From Sedimentisphaeraceae bacterium JB056 (GTDB lineage Bacteria > Planctomycetota > Phycisphaerae > Sedimentisphaerales > Sedimentisphaeraceae), in assembly GCA_044440125.1 (NCBI GenBank), contig JBITAJ010000027.1:96001-160000 (forward strand): a stretch of DNA of 64,000 nucleotides, given 5' to 3'. The position numbers were made by a program, and so were the translations under genes. The notes under the pieces were generated by a model that was not told the origin of the DNA, did no database searches, and saw nothing but the letters and a program-made list of their open reading frames with translations. Shown one piece after another: positions 48,801-58,177 of this stretch. Within the stretch, counting starts at the first letter, position 1. Every line of letters starts with the position of its first letter.

Positions 48801-49866
48801 TCACTGGCTCGCCGGTTTCTTTGTCTGTTATCAGGCCACTAAGGACTCCTCTTGGGGTGAAGGTGTCTGTTGCTTCTTCAGTTGCGGCAGGGGATTCTTT
48901 TGGGTGCGTGGTTTCGAGAGCCGGTTGTTCTACGGGTGATTGTTGCAGTTCTTGTGGTGTTGGAGTTGCAATGGGTTGCGACAGATTTTCAGACGCATTG
49001 AAATGCATCTCTACGGGTGATGAATCGGTTGCGGTAATAGGCTGGATTGTTTCTGTTTTTTGTATTGGCTGAGACTTTTCATTATTGTTCAGGATTAATC
49101 CGGTCGCAATCGCGGCAGCGGCAATTATTGCAACAGTCGCCACTTTTACGGCAGTTGTCGCCATAATTGTTTGCAGTGCAGCAACAAAAGGAACTGAAGC
49201 GGAAGCCGAAGCGGCCGCCGTCGCCTCGCTTACCGCAACCCCTACAGGTATCGAAGAAATAGCGGCAATAACCGATGCCGTAAACTTCTTATCCGGTGCA
49301 GAATTGCGAAGCCCGGCCTGCATTTTTTGTTCTATTCTATCCCGCAGCATATTTCTTCCGCGAGATAATCTCTGTCTTACGGTTTCCTGAGTTAAAGACA
49401 AAAAAGCAGCTACTTGCTTGACAGAATCATCATGGCGATAATAAAGCACAAGAACCTCACGGTATTCTACAGGTATTGTCTCAAGTGTATCCCATAGCAT
49501 AGTATATTCCTCATCTTCGATGATCTTGTCTACTTGTTCTCCTTTCGGCTGATGTTTGAATTTGACCAGTTCTATATTCGAACCAATTGCTTTGGGAACA
49601 GTTTGAGCTTTTTTAATGTAATGGCTGACTGTATTGCGGGTAATTGTTGACAGCCATGCTTTGAGTTTCTTATGATCTTTGAGTGAAGAAAGGTTTTTCC
49701 ATACATTCAGGAAAACTTCCTGTGCTATATCTTCACTTGCATCAATATTTCCAATTGTACAATAAGCAATTGAGCAGACAAATGACTTATATTTATCTAC
49801 AAGAATTGCGAATGCCTTATGGTTGCCATTCAGGCATTCTTTAATTATTATTTTCTCGTCAACCAT
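45895..49866 (-). CDS. Membrane-anchored ECF sigma factor with extracytoplasmic beta-sandwich repeats, paralog B
   Basis: AFAILVDKY…EDIAQEVF…KAWL, TVRQRLSRGR, the same TM/linker cassette, and CarboxypepD-like repeats. Confidence 0.88.
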   Translation of the reverse strand: MVDEKIIIKECLNGNHKAFAILVDKYKSFVCSIAYCTIGNIDASEDIAQEVFLNVWKNLSSLKDHKKLKAWLSTITRNTVSHYIKKAQTVPKAIGSNIELVKFKHQPKGEQVDKIIEDEEYTMLWDTLETIPVEYREVLVLYYRHDDSVKQVAAFLSLTQETVRQRLSRGRNMLRDRIEQKMQAGLRNSAPDKKFTASVIAAISSIPVGVAVSEATAAASASASVPFVAALQTIMATTAVKVATVAIIAAAAIATGLILNNNEKSQPIQKTETIQPITATDSSPVEMHFNASENLSQPIATPTPQELQQSPVEQPALETTHPKESPAATEEATDTFTPRGVLSGLITDKETGEPVIDAQLHLQLPDGYYANTETDELGFYYFDEDKIKSYGNFSLTIVSTEYVGIHESLRNSININITPEINAIQHIQLDKACMVSIEAIDEENNPISNVEAIVTEITSTDISSYPLNRGYQRTDKNGKMMIGGIPSSPTPRLITLIHSEYKRIDKNHSVLANCYAPAHQTLIMNDPDVIESIKVVFKKGFEIQGEISYPYETPEKALEINAEPQWWNCSKPYSNCKINNDGTFTLKHIEPDIYEIKALVSRGGTMERYEKLITISLEEDKILNLEFPYKKASQLTNFKGKVIIEDNNPFAAQMFIRCGDNHFHQSIKTENDNKEIPFEFNDIPSGNYTVDFLNSNLKNSRFDNIHIPSDDYVFKLQLKEKINISGIILDKETQNPIKNFRVFHRVVKTQAYNKWINFPNTDNGKYQLTIREQGIHQFTIDSEYYAPQTIELDTTESTSFTVELTKGVSLLGKVLDSSGQPVHNAKVIPFSKNTDYSIDGFREKVFTTEIGAELSDIDGSFTLFNLPQGAETIQVTHPDYLSQIIDISLPLEQNTTEIILNRGCCIEGYVYDNNGNPRAHFPLIATSETRNYIRYIDAKNSKVTDKNGYYKLSKLPEKLLSITHPSASSTQGACRNLALPLEDECIQLDFGGTYFLTGRIYLNGSPLSKADLTVKDMATHMDGFMNNCRTNSDGSFNFSGIPGGTKQLLCKISDSHNLKIMQFNTNDTQCDLGDIYLDLVDFKIKVEGDQRTKIKDICLFENFEKSSSTGYSLYLDHLGTAKAENLRQGNYNIKIFFPNMARFVFNTDILKTENLRTIDIKLPIMTSSVYGKLPSDSSNFTFENKKHQYRVKTFYNQDNNEYRMDNIPAGEYIVKDRNQEEIMTFDILENQELEIDLDQYKPDLLSIADIITIDNQTRRKIEGLEIWIEYNGSKYKDAELSYIEAPPGTYTLCIRGEGYQDYRKEITLEKTQRSKIIAVMHRK
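48790..49319 (-). repeat. Shared ECF internal cassette (copy B; shorter and lacking the sigma4 portion)
   Basis: Near-identical DNA to 26934-27460 and to 52941-53470. Confidence 0.88.
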
Positions 49867-49941
49867 GATTACTACCTCATACTCTTGATTTTAATCAAAA
49901 TCATATTTATTGCCATATCTGATTCATAAAATATATATCAC

Positions 49942-49974
49942 AATATAAGAGGACGTAATCTTAAAAAAGTGACA
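49942..49974 (-). promoter_or_regulatory. Putative ECF-type promoter with a TGTCACT box
   Basis: TGTCACTTTTTTAAGATTACGTCCTCTTATA about 100 bp upstream of paralog B. Confidence 0.45.
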
Positions 49975-50016
49975 AGATTTTTTGATATTTTTAATAAATA
50001 TCCAGATTTTCAATCA

Positions 50017-53000
50017 TTATTCCCGTTCTAAGATAACTGTTATATACTGCATTGCTGTACCGGTATATGGTTGTGGCATATCAATTGTTTGAATATGATC
50101 CTTATATTCCGGCTTAATTACATGTAAAGTATATATCCCTGGAGCAACCCCGATTTCACATTTCAGCTTGATATCAAGTCTTCCTCCATCCTTTTCAAGC
50201 CAGGCAGAGTAATCAGGTATCGGTATTCCGCTTTTCTTATCAACTACGATTAATTGTTTAATAGCAGGGTCTGCCATTCCCAGATTCAACTCTAAAGACT
50301 GTTCCTTTTCAAGCTCAAAGCTTGTCAGTTGCCTGCCTGTATGCATCGACTCTATAATATATTTGCCGTGCGGTATATTTTCAATTTTATATGTGTTGTC
50401 TTTTGACGGCCTGATTCTTATAAAGAATGAAGAATCTTCTTTTTTGCAAATCAATACGTCATTTTGAAAATTCGTTGTGCCAAAAACTGAGGAATTGGTC
50501 TCAGGTAATTTGAAATTCAAGATTTGGGGTTTACTGTCAATGTCTATTTTTGCCTCGAATACAAAAATACCGGTTTGTTTCTTTCTTTCTACATTGAAAA
50601 AATATTTGCCTGGCGCAATATTCTTAGCCTCATATTTATTATTACCTATCGGTACCGCCTTCATATCGATCAAGGATGTTGGTAATATGTAATCTTTTTC
50701 TTCGGTAAACAGGCATTCTCTTATAGCATCATTTTCGCTTCCCTCAATAGTTATTTCGACATCAACGCAATCTAAGAAGATGTTGCCTAAGTCAAGATTT
50801 TGCCCATTGGTATCAAATTCTTTTATCAGTCGCTGCCCGTCAGATCTATCAGGCATTACGTAAACAAGCTTTTTTATCCCTTTGGGGATTCCGCTGAATT
50901 GAAAACTCCCTTCTGAATCTGTTTGACCTTTGTAAATAAACATTGACGGAAAGAATAAATATGGGTTACATATCCAGAGTTTTGCATTAGATAAAGGAGA
51001 ACCGTTTATAAACACTTTTCCGGTTAATAAAAAGGTATCTCCAAGATTGAATTGAGTTTTTTGCCCTTCAGCAGCGAAAATACTGCAACTGCGACCGCCA
51101 TTAGTATTAGATACATACCGATGTCTTATATTCCACAAACCGGAAGATATGTTGTCAAATTTATAGTAGCCATCCTGATCAGTCGTGGTAGATATAGGAA
51201 AACTTATATCTCTGATCGATGATAGGCTTATTGGATGATTTGGTATTATCTTGCTGTTGTTACTATATAGATAGCCTTCAATAACACTGCCGCTTTCTAA
51301 AGTTATTTTTGTTTCATTTACCTTTTCCGGTAATTCAACTTCTATGCTTTTTTCCTCATAATCTGGATGTACAACTTTTATAGTCTCTTTCTCTTCGGGC
51401 AGTTTACTGAGAATAAAACATCCATCACCATCGCTCAATACATAGTGGTTATTAGTTAAAATATTTTCATCTGCCTTAATAGCTCTGCTGTTAATTGTTA
51501 ATGGGATAATTTTGGCTGCCTTGATCGGTTTGCCTTTGCTGTCAATGATTCTACCGTTTAGAGTGGTCCCCTCTGTCAATTCAGCGGTGAAATTAGCAGA
51601 CTTTGAAGTGTTTAACGTCGTTATAAAAGGTGCGTAACCTTTGCTTGTTATAATGAATTTGTGACAGCCTTCTTCTTGTGCTTTGAACATGAACTTACCG
51701 TCTCTATTGTCTAAATATTCTGTCCATTTACCATCGTTATTGCTGTTAAGTGAGACATGGCTGCGAATAAATTGATGGAGAATTTTGAAATTATTTATCG
51801 GTTTCCCACTAACTTCGCTTACAACCTGCCCGGTTATATCTGATCTGTTGACGCATTTTAAAATTTGTTCGAAATCATCACAAGGTATTGCTATATTTTT
51901 TAATGAGATTGGGATGATTTCACTTCGTACCCAGTAAGATCCATGGATGCTAATGTCATATATGCCAGGGACAATGTTATTGATCGTAAAATGGGTTTTG
52001 TTGTCATTAATTTTTACTGTCTGCCTATAGTTATGATCATCATTTTTACACTTTATGTTAATTATGTCTAGATCACAGCCGCCTTCAGTAATTAACGTAC
52101 CGGAAAATGTTGAAAGATTTTCGGAAACAGTTTCTGTTTGATATTTTTTTTCTGGCAAAATGATACTTAGATAATCATCGTTATTTAATATTGAAGACAT
52201 CTCTAATTTATGATTTTGGCTGCTGTCTGTGTTACTGTATATTATTTTGTAAGTACCTGCTTCAATATTTTTGATAGAGAACAGACCCTCTTCATCTGTA
52301 TAAAAATTCAAACAGTTTTCAGAAAACCACCATTCAGGAGTTACAGACACACGGTAATTAACTGCAGGAGTACCGTTGTGGAGCAAGAGTTTACCATTTA
52401 TATCGAATCCCTTACGCATCGTAATTTTTATATTCTGGATCAACTCCGGTTCGGTGAGGATAACCTTCTTTTTTTGGGGGGCATAGCTATTTATACCTCT
52501 CAAGCCTGCATTTTTGTCTTCTACATTTGGATTATACAGCAGGTTAATTAAATAGGCATTATTTGAAGGTTTAATACCGCCAACCATTAATTTGCCTGTA
52601 TCATCGGTTGTTTCAGAAAAGTTATACTTCTCCTCATATATCCCATATTCCTCGCTGCATCCAATTGAAACTTTAACGTCTTTTATTGGATTACCCTGTT
52701 CATCAATTGTTTCAATTTCAAGCATGCAGGCTTTTTCAAGTTGTATGTTTTTGTTTATTTTTGCGTTTTCAGAGATATTAAGCGATACGGTATTGTAAAA
52801 TGTTTCATTCAGGCCGACATATTGCGTTGAACTTATGCCAAGTTCACAAATGCCGTATGAGGTGAGTTCATCGAAATAATAGAGCCCATTTTCATCAACA
52901 TGAGTAGTTGCGGTTTCACCATTTGGTAAGGCAAGTGATATTTGAGCATCAATCACCGGCTCGCCGGTTTCTTTGTCTGTTATCAGGCCGCTTAGAACTC

Positions 53001-54009
53001 CTCTTGGGGTGAAGGCATCTGTCGTCTCTTCAGTTGCGGCAGGGGATTCTGTCGGTTGCGGGGTCTCGGTAGTCTGTTGTTCTGCGGGTGCTTGTTGCAG
53101 TTCTTGCGGTATTGGAGTTGCGTTGGGTTTCGTAAGGTTTTCAGACGCATTAAAATGCGTCTCTACGTGTGATGAATCGGTTGCGGTAATCGGCTGGATT
53201 GTTTCTGTGTTTTGTATTGGCTGAGATTTTTCATTATTGTTGAGGATTAGTCCGGTCGCAATCGCGGCAGCTGCGATTATTGCAACAGTCGCCACTTTTG
53301 CGGCAGTTGTCGCCATAATTGTTTGCAGTGTGGCAACAAAAGGAGCAGAAGCGCAAGCCGAAGCTGTTACCGCCGCCTCGCTTACCGCAACCCCTACAGG
53401 TATCGAAGAAATAGCGGCAATAACCGATGCCGTAAACTTCTTATCAGGAGCAGAATTGCGAAGACCTGCCTCAAGTCTATCCTCAATCCGCTCACGAATC
53501 ATCTGTCTGCCGCGTGATAATCTCTGCCGTACAGCATCAGCACTAATTCCCATCAGCTCCCCAACCTGCTTAGCAGACTTCTCATGCCTGTAATAGAGTA
53601 CCATCACTTCCCGGTATTGGTCGGGCAGAGTTTCAAGTGTCTGCCAGATAAGGCTGTTCTCTTCGTCAGCGATTAACTTTTGGGAAGGGGTGTCAGGAGT
53701 TGTCGTTGCCTCTGGTATAGTGGTATTGCTGATACTGACAACTGACTGCTGCTTTCTCAGATAAAGCCTGCTTGTGTTACGTGTTATTGTGATAAGCCAG
53801 GATTTGAATTTGCTGTGGTCCTTGAGCGATTCCAAGTCTTCCCATACGCTGATAAACACATCCTGTGCAATATCCTCGCTGGTATCAATATTGCCTGTTG
53901 AGCAGTAAGCTATCGAGCAGACGAGATTTTTATATTTCTCGACAAGACTCGCAAACGCTTTATGGCTGCCTTTAATACAGCGTTTAATTGTTTTTATGTC
54001 ATCAGTCAT
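50017..54009 (-). CDS. Membrane-anchored ECF sigma factor with extracytoplasmic beta-sandwich repeats, paralog C
   Basis: AFASLVEKY…EDIAQDVF…FKSWL, a sigma4 segment identical to paralog A, the TM/linker cassette, and repeats. Confidence 0.88.
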   Translation of the reverse strand: MTDDIKTIKRCIKGSHKAFASLVEKYKNLVCSIAYCSTGNIDTSEDIAQDVFISVWEDLESLKDHSKFKSWLITITRNTSRLYLRKQQSVVSISNTTIPEATTTPDTPSQKLIADEENSLIWQTLETLPDQYREVMVLYYRHEKSAKQVGELMGISADAVRQRLSRGRQMIRERIEDRLEAGLRNSAPDKKFTASVIAAISSIPVGVAVSEAAVTASACASAPFVATLQTIMATTAAKVATVAIIAAAAIATGLILNNNEKSQPIQNTETIQPITATDSSHVETHFNASENLTKPNATPIPQELQQAPAEQQTTETPQPTESPAATEETTDAFTPRGVLSGLITDKETGEPVIDAQISLALPNGETATTHVDENGLYYFDELTSYGICELGISSTQYVGLNETFYNTVSLNISENAKINKNIQLEKACMLEIETIDEQGNPIKDVKVSIGCSEEYGIYEEKYNFSETTDDTGKLMVGGIKPSNNAYLINLLYNPNVEDKNAGLRGINSYAPQKKKVILTEPELIQNIKITMRKGFDINGKLLLHNGTPAVNYRVSVTPEWWFSENCLNFYTDEEGLFSIKNIEAGTYKIIYSNTDSSQNHKLEMSSILNNDDYLSIILPEKKYQTETVSENLSTFSGTLITEGGCDLDIINIKCKNDDHNYRQTVKINDNKTHFTINNIVPGIYDISIHGSYWVRSEIIPISLKNIAIPCDDFEQILKCVNRSDITGQVVSEVSGKPINNFKILHQFIRSHVSLNSNNDGKWTEYLDNRDGKFMFKAQEEGCHKFIITSKGYAPFITTLNTSKSANFTAELTEGTTLNGRIIDSKGKPIKAAKIIPLTINSRAIKADENILTNNHYVLSDGDGCFILSKLPEEKETIKVVHPDYEEKSIEVELPEKVNETKITLESGSVIEGYLYSNNSKIIPNHPISLSSIRDISFPISTTTDQDGYYKFDNISSGLWNIRHRYVSNTNGGRSCSIFAAEGQKTQFNLGDTFLLTGKVFINGSPLSNAKLWICNPYLFFPSMFIYKGQTDSEGSFQFSGIPKGIKKLVYVMPDRSDGQRLIKEFDTNGQNLDLGNIFLDCVDVEITIEGSENDAIRECLFTEEKDYILPTSLIDMKAVPIGNNKYEAKNIAPGKYFFNVERKKQTGIFVFEAKIDIDSKPQILNFKLPETNSSVFGTTNFQNDVLICKKEDSSFFIRIRPSKDNTYKIENIPHGKYIIESMHTGRQLTSFELEKEQSLELNLGMADPAIKQLIVVDKKSGIPIPDYSAWLEKDGGRLDIKLKCEIGVAPGIYTLHVIKPEYKDHIQTIDMPQPYTGTAMQYITVILERE
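52936..53649 (-). repeat. Shared ECF internal cassette (copy C)
   Basis: Near-identical to the reverse complement of 26756-27466. Confidence 0.9.
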
Positions 54010-54046
54010 ATCCTAATCTCCTGTATTTATAAAATCATCCGTTTAT

Positions 54047-54079
54047 TATATAGGATGCGCAAGAATGAGATATGTGACA
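54047..54079 (-). promoter_or_regulatory. Putative ECF-type promoter with a TGTCACA box
   Basis: TGTCACATATCTCATTCTTGCGCATCCTATATA about 65 bp upstream of paralog C. Confidence 0.5.
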
Positions 54080-54096
54080 GGAATCCGATGTTTTTT

Positions 54097-55179
54097 TTAT
54101 GTTTTTATGTTTTCACCAAGGCATAGACGTGCGATTGTTTTGTTAAGCTGTGCTATTCTGCATGCAGTGTATGCCATGGCTGTTGCGATTATAAATACGG
54201 CTATCGATGAAATTTTTGCCGCATTGTCACTGATGTCAAGTTTACTGATAACAGTTATCAGTATCATTATGGCAATGATATGATAGAGGTATATGCCGTA
54301 AGAATATCTTCCTATATGGGCGATATAACCTGCGAATCGGGCTGATATTTTTGGCAAGATCATTGATAGCTTTATTATTGCTACTGCGCCAAATATCCTG
54401 CCTGTCTGAGAGGCTAAACTATAAATCAGCGGTCTTAGGTCGGAGTCCTCCAGAAGAGTCGTTGTTTTCAAGGCTATACACAAATATGCTAATAATAATG
54501 CAATCGGCCATGTAACAGAAAGTTGGGCAGAGCCTGAACTGAGCAGCTTTTGTGGTATTTTTTTGCCTATCATTACTCCAATCGCAAAAACAGGCAGGTA
54601 GGTAATGAGTACTTTAGCCTGGAAGATGTCGAGGTTGAGATGTTCTCCGATGTCATTCTTGTATATATCCAATATTGAGAGTGTCAGGAATATCAGAATG
54701 CAGTTCTTGCGAAATATATATTCGAGTATCGGCCATATTATAAAGAAGCTCATTAGTGCAACAAGGAACCAGCCGTGACCGGCAGGACCATTGACCGGCG
54801 TTACGATAGATTTGTATATTTCATTGGGTATATCACCGGCATTCCTTATTCCGCCTGCGATTCCTGCTGCTAACTGCAGAGTGCAAACAACGAAATATGG
54901 TATCATCAGTCGTTGAAATTTTGTCCACTGAAATCTGGAATAATCAGATAACGTACTTTCCCCTTTATAATTGCGAGCCATATAGAAGCCTGCAATAAGG
55001 AAGAATACCGGCATATGAAAGAAAGATATTGCATGTATAATCGTGTGCATCATCTGCTCGGACACTATTGGTATAAACGTATCGTTATAACATCGCAATA
55101 CATGCTCGAATACCACAAGAAGCATCGCTATGGCTCTCGCAATATCTATGCCGGGTGTTCTATTTCTGATTTTGGTCAT
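54097..55179 (-). CDS. Acyltransferase-3 family membrane protein
   Basis: IDIARAIAMLLVVFEH, FHMPVFFLIAG, RLMIPY, WFL and GRYSYGIYLYH. Confidence 0.9.
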   Translation of the reverse strand: MTKIRNRTPGIDIARAIAMLLVVFEHVLRCYNDTFIPIVSEQMMHTIIHAISFFHMPVFFLIAGFYMARNYKGESTLSDYSRFQWTKFQRLMIPYFVVCTLQLAAGIAGGIRNAGDIPNEIYKSIVTPVNGPAGHGWFLVALMSFFIIWPILEYIFRKNCILIFLTLSILDIYKNDIGEHLNLDIFQAKVLITYLPVFAIGVMIGKKIPQKLLSSGSAQLSVTWPIALLLAYLCIALKTTTLLEDSDLRPLIYSLASQTGRIFGAVAIIKLSMILPKISARFAGYIAHIGRYSYGIYLYHIIAIMILITVISKLDISDNAAKISSIAVFIIATAMAYTACRIAQLNKTIARLCLGENIKT

Positions 55180-55199
55180 TTATCAAGCTCTTTTGCCGC

Positions 55200-57452
55200 T
55201 TAACGTTTTTTCTTCTTTTTCTTAGCCTTTGATCTTATTGCCTTTTTCTTTTTGAGCTTGAGTTTTTTCTTGATCTTGTCCCGCTGCTGGCGGCTGTGTG
55301 ATTTCTTAACAAAATCACTATAGTCAACAAGCGGTTCGGTCGGTACTACATCGAGTTCACGCAGAGCGATATTGATCTTGACTATCTTGACGGTCATTGT
55401 TTCGCCGATATGTATGCGATAGCCTGAGCGTTTTCCGATAAGGCATCTTGTTTCCTCGTAAAACTGCCAGTGGTCGGGGCCAAGGTCTTCGCTGCGGACA
55501 AATCCTTCTATGCCGAATTTAAGGCATTGTACGAATACGCCTTTTCTTGTTACGCCAGAAACTACACAGTCCATTGTGTCGCCGATTCGTTCGCTGAGCA
55601 TCTCAAGAATCAGCACTTTCTTGAGGTCTCTCTCAGCGTTTGTTGAGTTGTCCTCGGTTTCGCTGATATGCGTGCCGATATCTATCAATTCCTCTTCGCT
55701 TATCACGCCGGATGTTTTTTTAGTGAGCTTGCCTTTTTCGAGGAACAGGCGGAGGAGCCTGTGTATAGTAAGGTCTGCGTATCTTCGTATCGGGCTTGTG
55801 AAATGGCAATAGTGTCGGCTCGCCAGAGCATAGTGCCCGATGTTCTCCGGCGAGTAGACCGCTTTTGACAGACTTCGCAGTACGGCATTATTCACGGCAT
55901 ACTCATAGCCTGTGCCGCGTACTTTTTCTATTATGTTTCTAAGCGTTACTCTGTCTGCTGATTTTGGCAGACGCATGCCGCAAACCTGTAGGAAGTCGCC
56001 AAGACGCTTGGTGCTGAACACATCCGGGTCGGGGTGTATACGGCGTATGAAGGGTACGTTGAGTTTGTCGAATAGACGTGCAACAGCCTCATTGGCCTCT
56101 ACCATGAACATTTCTATTATTGTATGCGGGTAGCTTGTGTCGGCTTCCTGTGCATCAACAACGCGACCATCTTTGTCAAGAATAAGCTCTGTTTCCCGCA
56201 GGTCGAGATGGAGCATTCCTTCGTTATACCTTCGCTTTTCGATTGTTTTAGCAAGTGTGTTCATGTCGCCGAGCAAATCGTATATGGCAGGGGGGAAGTC
56301 GAGTTTTTTGCCTTTGAGCATTTGGTCTGCCTGACGGTATGTGAGTCTTGCTGATGAACATATCATGCTTTGTGCGAAACGGCTTGCTATGGGCTTGCCG
56401 TTTTCATTGTATGTGATATATGTACTTAGCGTGTAGCGGTTTTGTTCGGGCTGCAGGGAGCATATTCCATTACTCAAAATTTCAGGCAGCATAGGCACGA
56501 CACGGCCGGGAAGATATGTACTGTTGCCTCTGCTTTTGGCTTCGAAGTCGAGCGGTGTTTCCGCTGAAATGAACCTGCTTACGTCAGCTATATGCACACC
56601 AAGGACGAAATTGCCATTGTCATCTTTTTCTATGCTGATTGCATCATCGAAATCTTTCGCATCATCGGGGTCTATAGTCAGGATGGTCTTCGCTGTGATA
56701 TCCTCTATTCCTTCATGGGCCACGAATTTAGTGTGTCCGGCTTGGCGAGCCTGTTCTATGCAGCTCTTAGAGAACGATTCCGGCAGACTGTATGTAGCCA
56801 TTGTCGCTTTTATCTCTGTTTCGTAAAGCCCCGCCTTGCCGAGTATCTCTGTTATTACCGCTATTCCCGGATAGTTATCCTCTGGGTAATCCAGTATTTC
56901 GAATACGACTTTGTCGTCTTCCTTTCCGCCTTTGACTGTTACATCATTTACTATGAAGTTGCTGTCGAGAAATTTTCCATCAGGTACGATAAACCATTGC
57001 TTTTTGATTTTCGTCAGCGTTCCTGTGAAATTCGTCCTGCCGCGTTCAACTATTCTTGTGACCTTACCGGCGTAGAGGACACGGTCTCCGCGTCGACTTT
57101 TTCGTTCAAGACGTGCTTCCACTATGTCACCGCTTTGGGCATCCATGCTCTTGCCGTCAGGTATCATGAGGTCGCCGCCGGTATTCTTGATCTGCGGAAT
57201 GACGAAGCCTATTTTCCCTCTTGTCGTTCTGAATGTACCTGTCATTTTTTTAGGCATGTCAGGAAGAGATACCCTATTTTTATTGTTCAAGGCAATTGTC
57301 TCTTCCTCAATCATTTCATTTAGTTTGTGAGTGAAGTGTTGAGTTACTTCATCGGGCAGATTGAGTGCCTTCTGCAGATCTTGCGGTGTTATAGCCACAT
57401 AGTCGGGGTCTGATACAAATCTTATTATTCTGCTTTTTAATATGTCAAACAT
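55200..57452 (-). CDS. rnr: Ribonuclease R
   Basis: TIDPDDAKDFDDAI, VHIADVS, HFTSPIRRYADL, S1 domain and a Lys-rich tail. Confidence 0.95.
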   Translation of the reverse strand: MFDILKSRIIRFVSDPDYVAITPQDLQKALNLPDEVTQHFTHKLNEMIEEETIALNNKNRVSLPDMPKKMTGTFRTTRGKIGFVIPQIKNTGGDLMIPDGKSMDAQSGDIVEARLERKSRRGDRVLYAGKVTRIVERGRTNFTGTLTKIKKQWFIVPDGKFLDSNFIVNDVTVKGGKEDDKVVFEILDYPEDNYPGIAVITEILGKAGLYETEIKATMATYSLPESFSKSCIEQARQAGHTKFVAHEGIEDITAKTILTIDPDDAKDFDDAISIEKDDNGNFVLGVHIADVSRFISAETPLDFEAKSRGNSTYLPGRVVPMLPEILSNGICSLQPEQNRYTLSTYITYNENGKPIASRFAQSMICSSARLTYRQADQMLKGKKLDFPPAIYDLLGDMNTLAKTIEKRRYNEGMLHLDLRETELILDKDGRVVDAQEADTSYPHTIIEMFMVEANEAVARLFDKLNVPFIRRIHPDPDVFSTKRLGDFLQVCGMRLPKSADRVTLRNIIEKVRGTGYEYAVNNAVLRSLSKAVYSPENIGHYALASRHYCHFTSPIRRYADLTIHRLLRLFLEKGKLTKKTSGVISEEELIDIGTHISETEDNSTNAERDLKKVLILEMLSERIGDTMDCVVSGVTRKGVFVQCLKFGIEGFVRSEDLGPDHWQFYEETRCLIGKRSGYRIHIGETMTVKIVKINIALRELDVVPTEPLVDYSDFVKKSHSRQQRDKIKKKLKLKKKKAIRSKAKKKKKKR

Positions 57453-57470
57453 ATGTTGTATGTCCTTTTT

Positions 57471-58148
57471 CTAAAGTTGTTCTGTTGTTGTTTCCTGAGC
57501 GTCTGGTTCATCGAAAATGTCATAGCTTTCGATGACTTCATCAATAATGCTGTACTTAAGGGCTTCGCCTGATGTTATTGTATATTCAGCGTCGCCTAAC
57601 GGCAGCCAGTCTTCAGGTATGTTGGTTTTTTCTTTAAGCAGCTTCTCAATATGTTCTTCGCATTTCTCACGAAGCTCATCGTCTCCTCCCGAGCATGAGT
57701 GGATAAAGAAGTATGAATCTGCAAATCCGTATCTTGCTCCTGTTGCGTTGAGCATCAATCCTATAGCGGCTGACGCACACAGGCCGGTATTTACGACGTT
57801 AACGGGAGCAGGGGTGCTCTTGATAGTGTTGGCTATCTGAAGATACGTCGTCATATCTCCGCCAGTAGAGTTTAGCCAGAGAGTTATGGGCTTATCTTTT
57901 GAGATGTTGTTAAGAAAGATTATCTGCTTGCATACGGTGTTTGCTGATTCGATGTTTATTCCGCCGTCAAGCAGTATAATGCGTTGGGACAGTTCCGGTG
58001 ATTCGGGATCGAAATTTTCCCTGCCTACATTAAAATCGCTAAGCTGGTAGGCCGACCCGCGACTTGAGAAGTTGACACTGCATCCGCAAGCAAAAAGCAT
58101 TGAGGCAGCTATTGTCGTTAATATTGTTCTATTTATCCAAGTTCTCAT
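57471..58148 (-). CDS. ClpP/crotonase-like protease homologue with a lipoprotein signal peptide
   Basis: RIILLDGGI, ITLWLNSTGG, GLCASAA, FFIH and EALKYSIIDEVI; N-terminal MLFACGC lipobox. Confidence 0.8.
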   Translation of the reverse strand: MRTWINRTILTTIAASMLFACGCSVNFSSRGSAYQLSDFNVGRENFDPESPELSQRIILLDGGINIESANTVCKQIIFLNNISKDKPITLWLNSTGGDMTTYLQIANTIKSTPAPVNVVNTGLCASAAIGLMLNATGARYGFADSYFFIHSCSGGDDELREKCEEHIEKLLKEKTNIPEDWLPLGDAEYTITSGEALKYSIIDEVIESYDIFDEPDAQETTTEQL

Positions 58149-58177
58149 TTAAGCTCCCTCTGTATCTCTCTTTAATA

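Noticed and set aside
56592..57323. 243-aa plus-strand ORF and the many other 60-160 aa overlapping ORFs in the track
   Set aside because: They lie antisense or out of frame within well-supported genes and show no recognisable motifs
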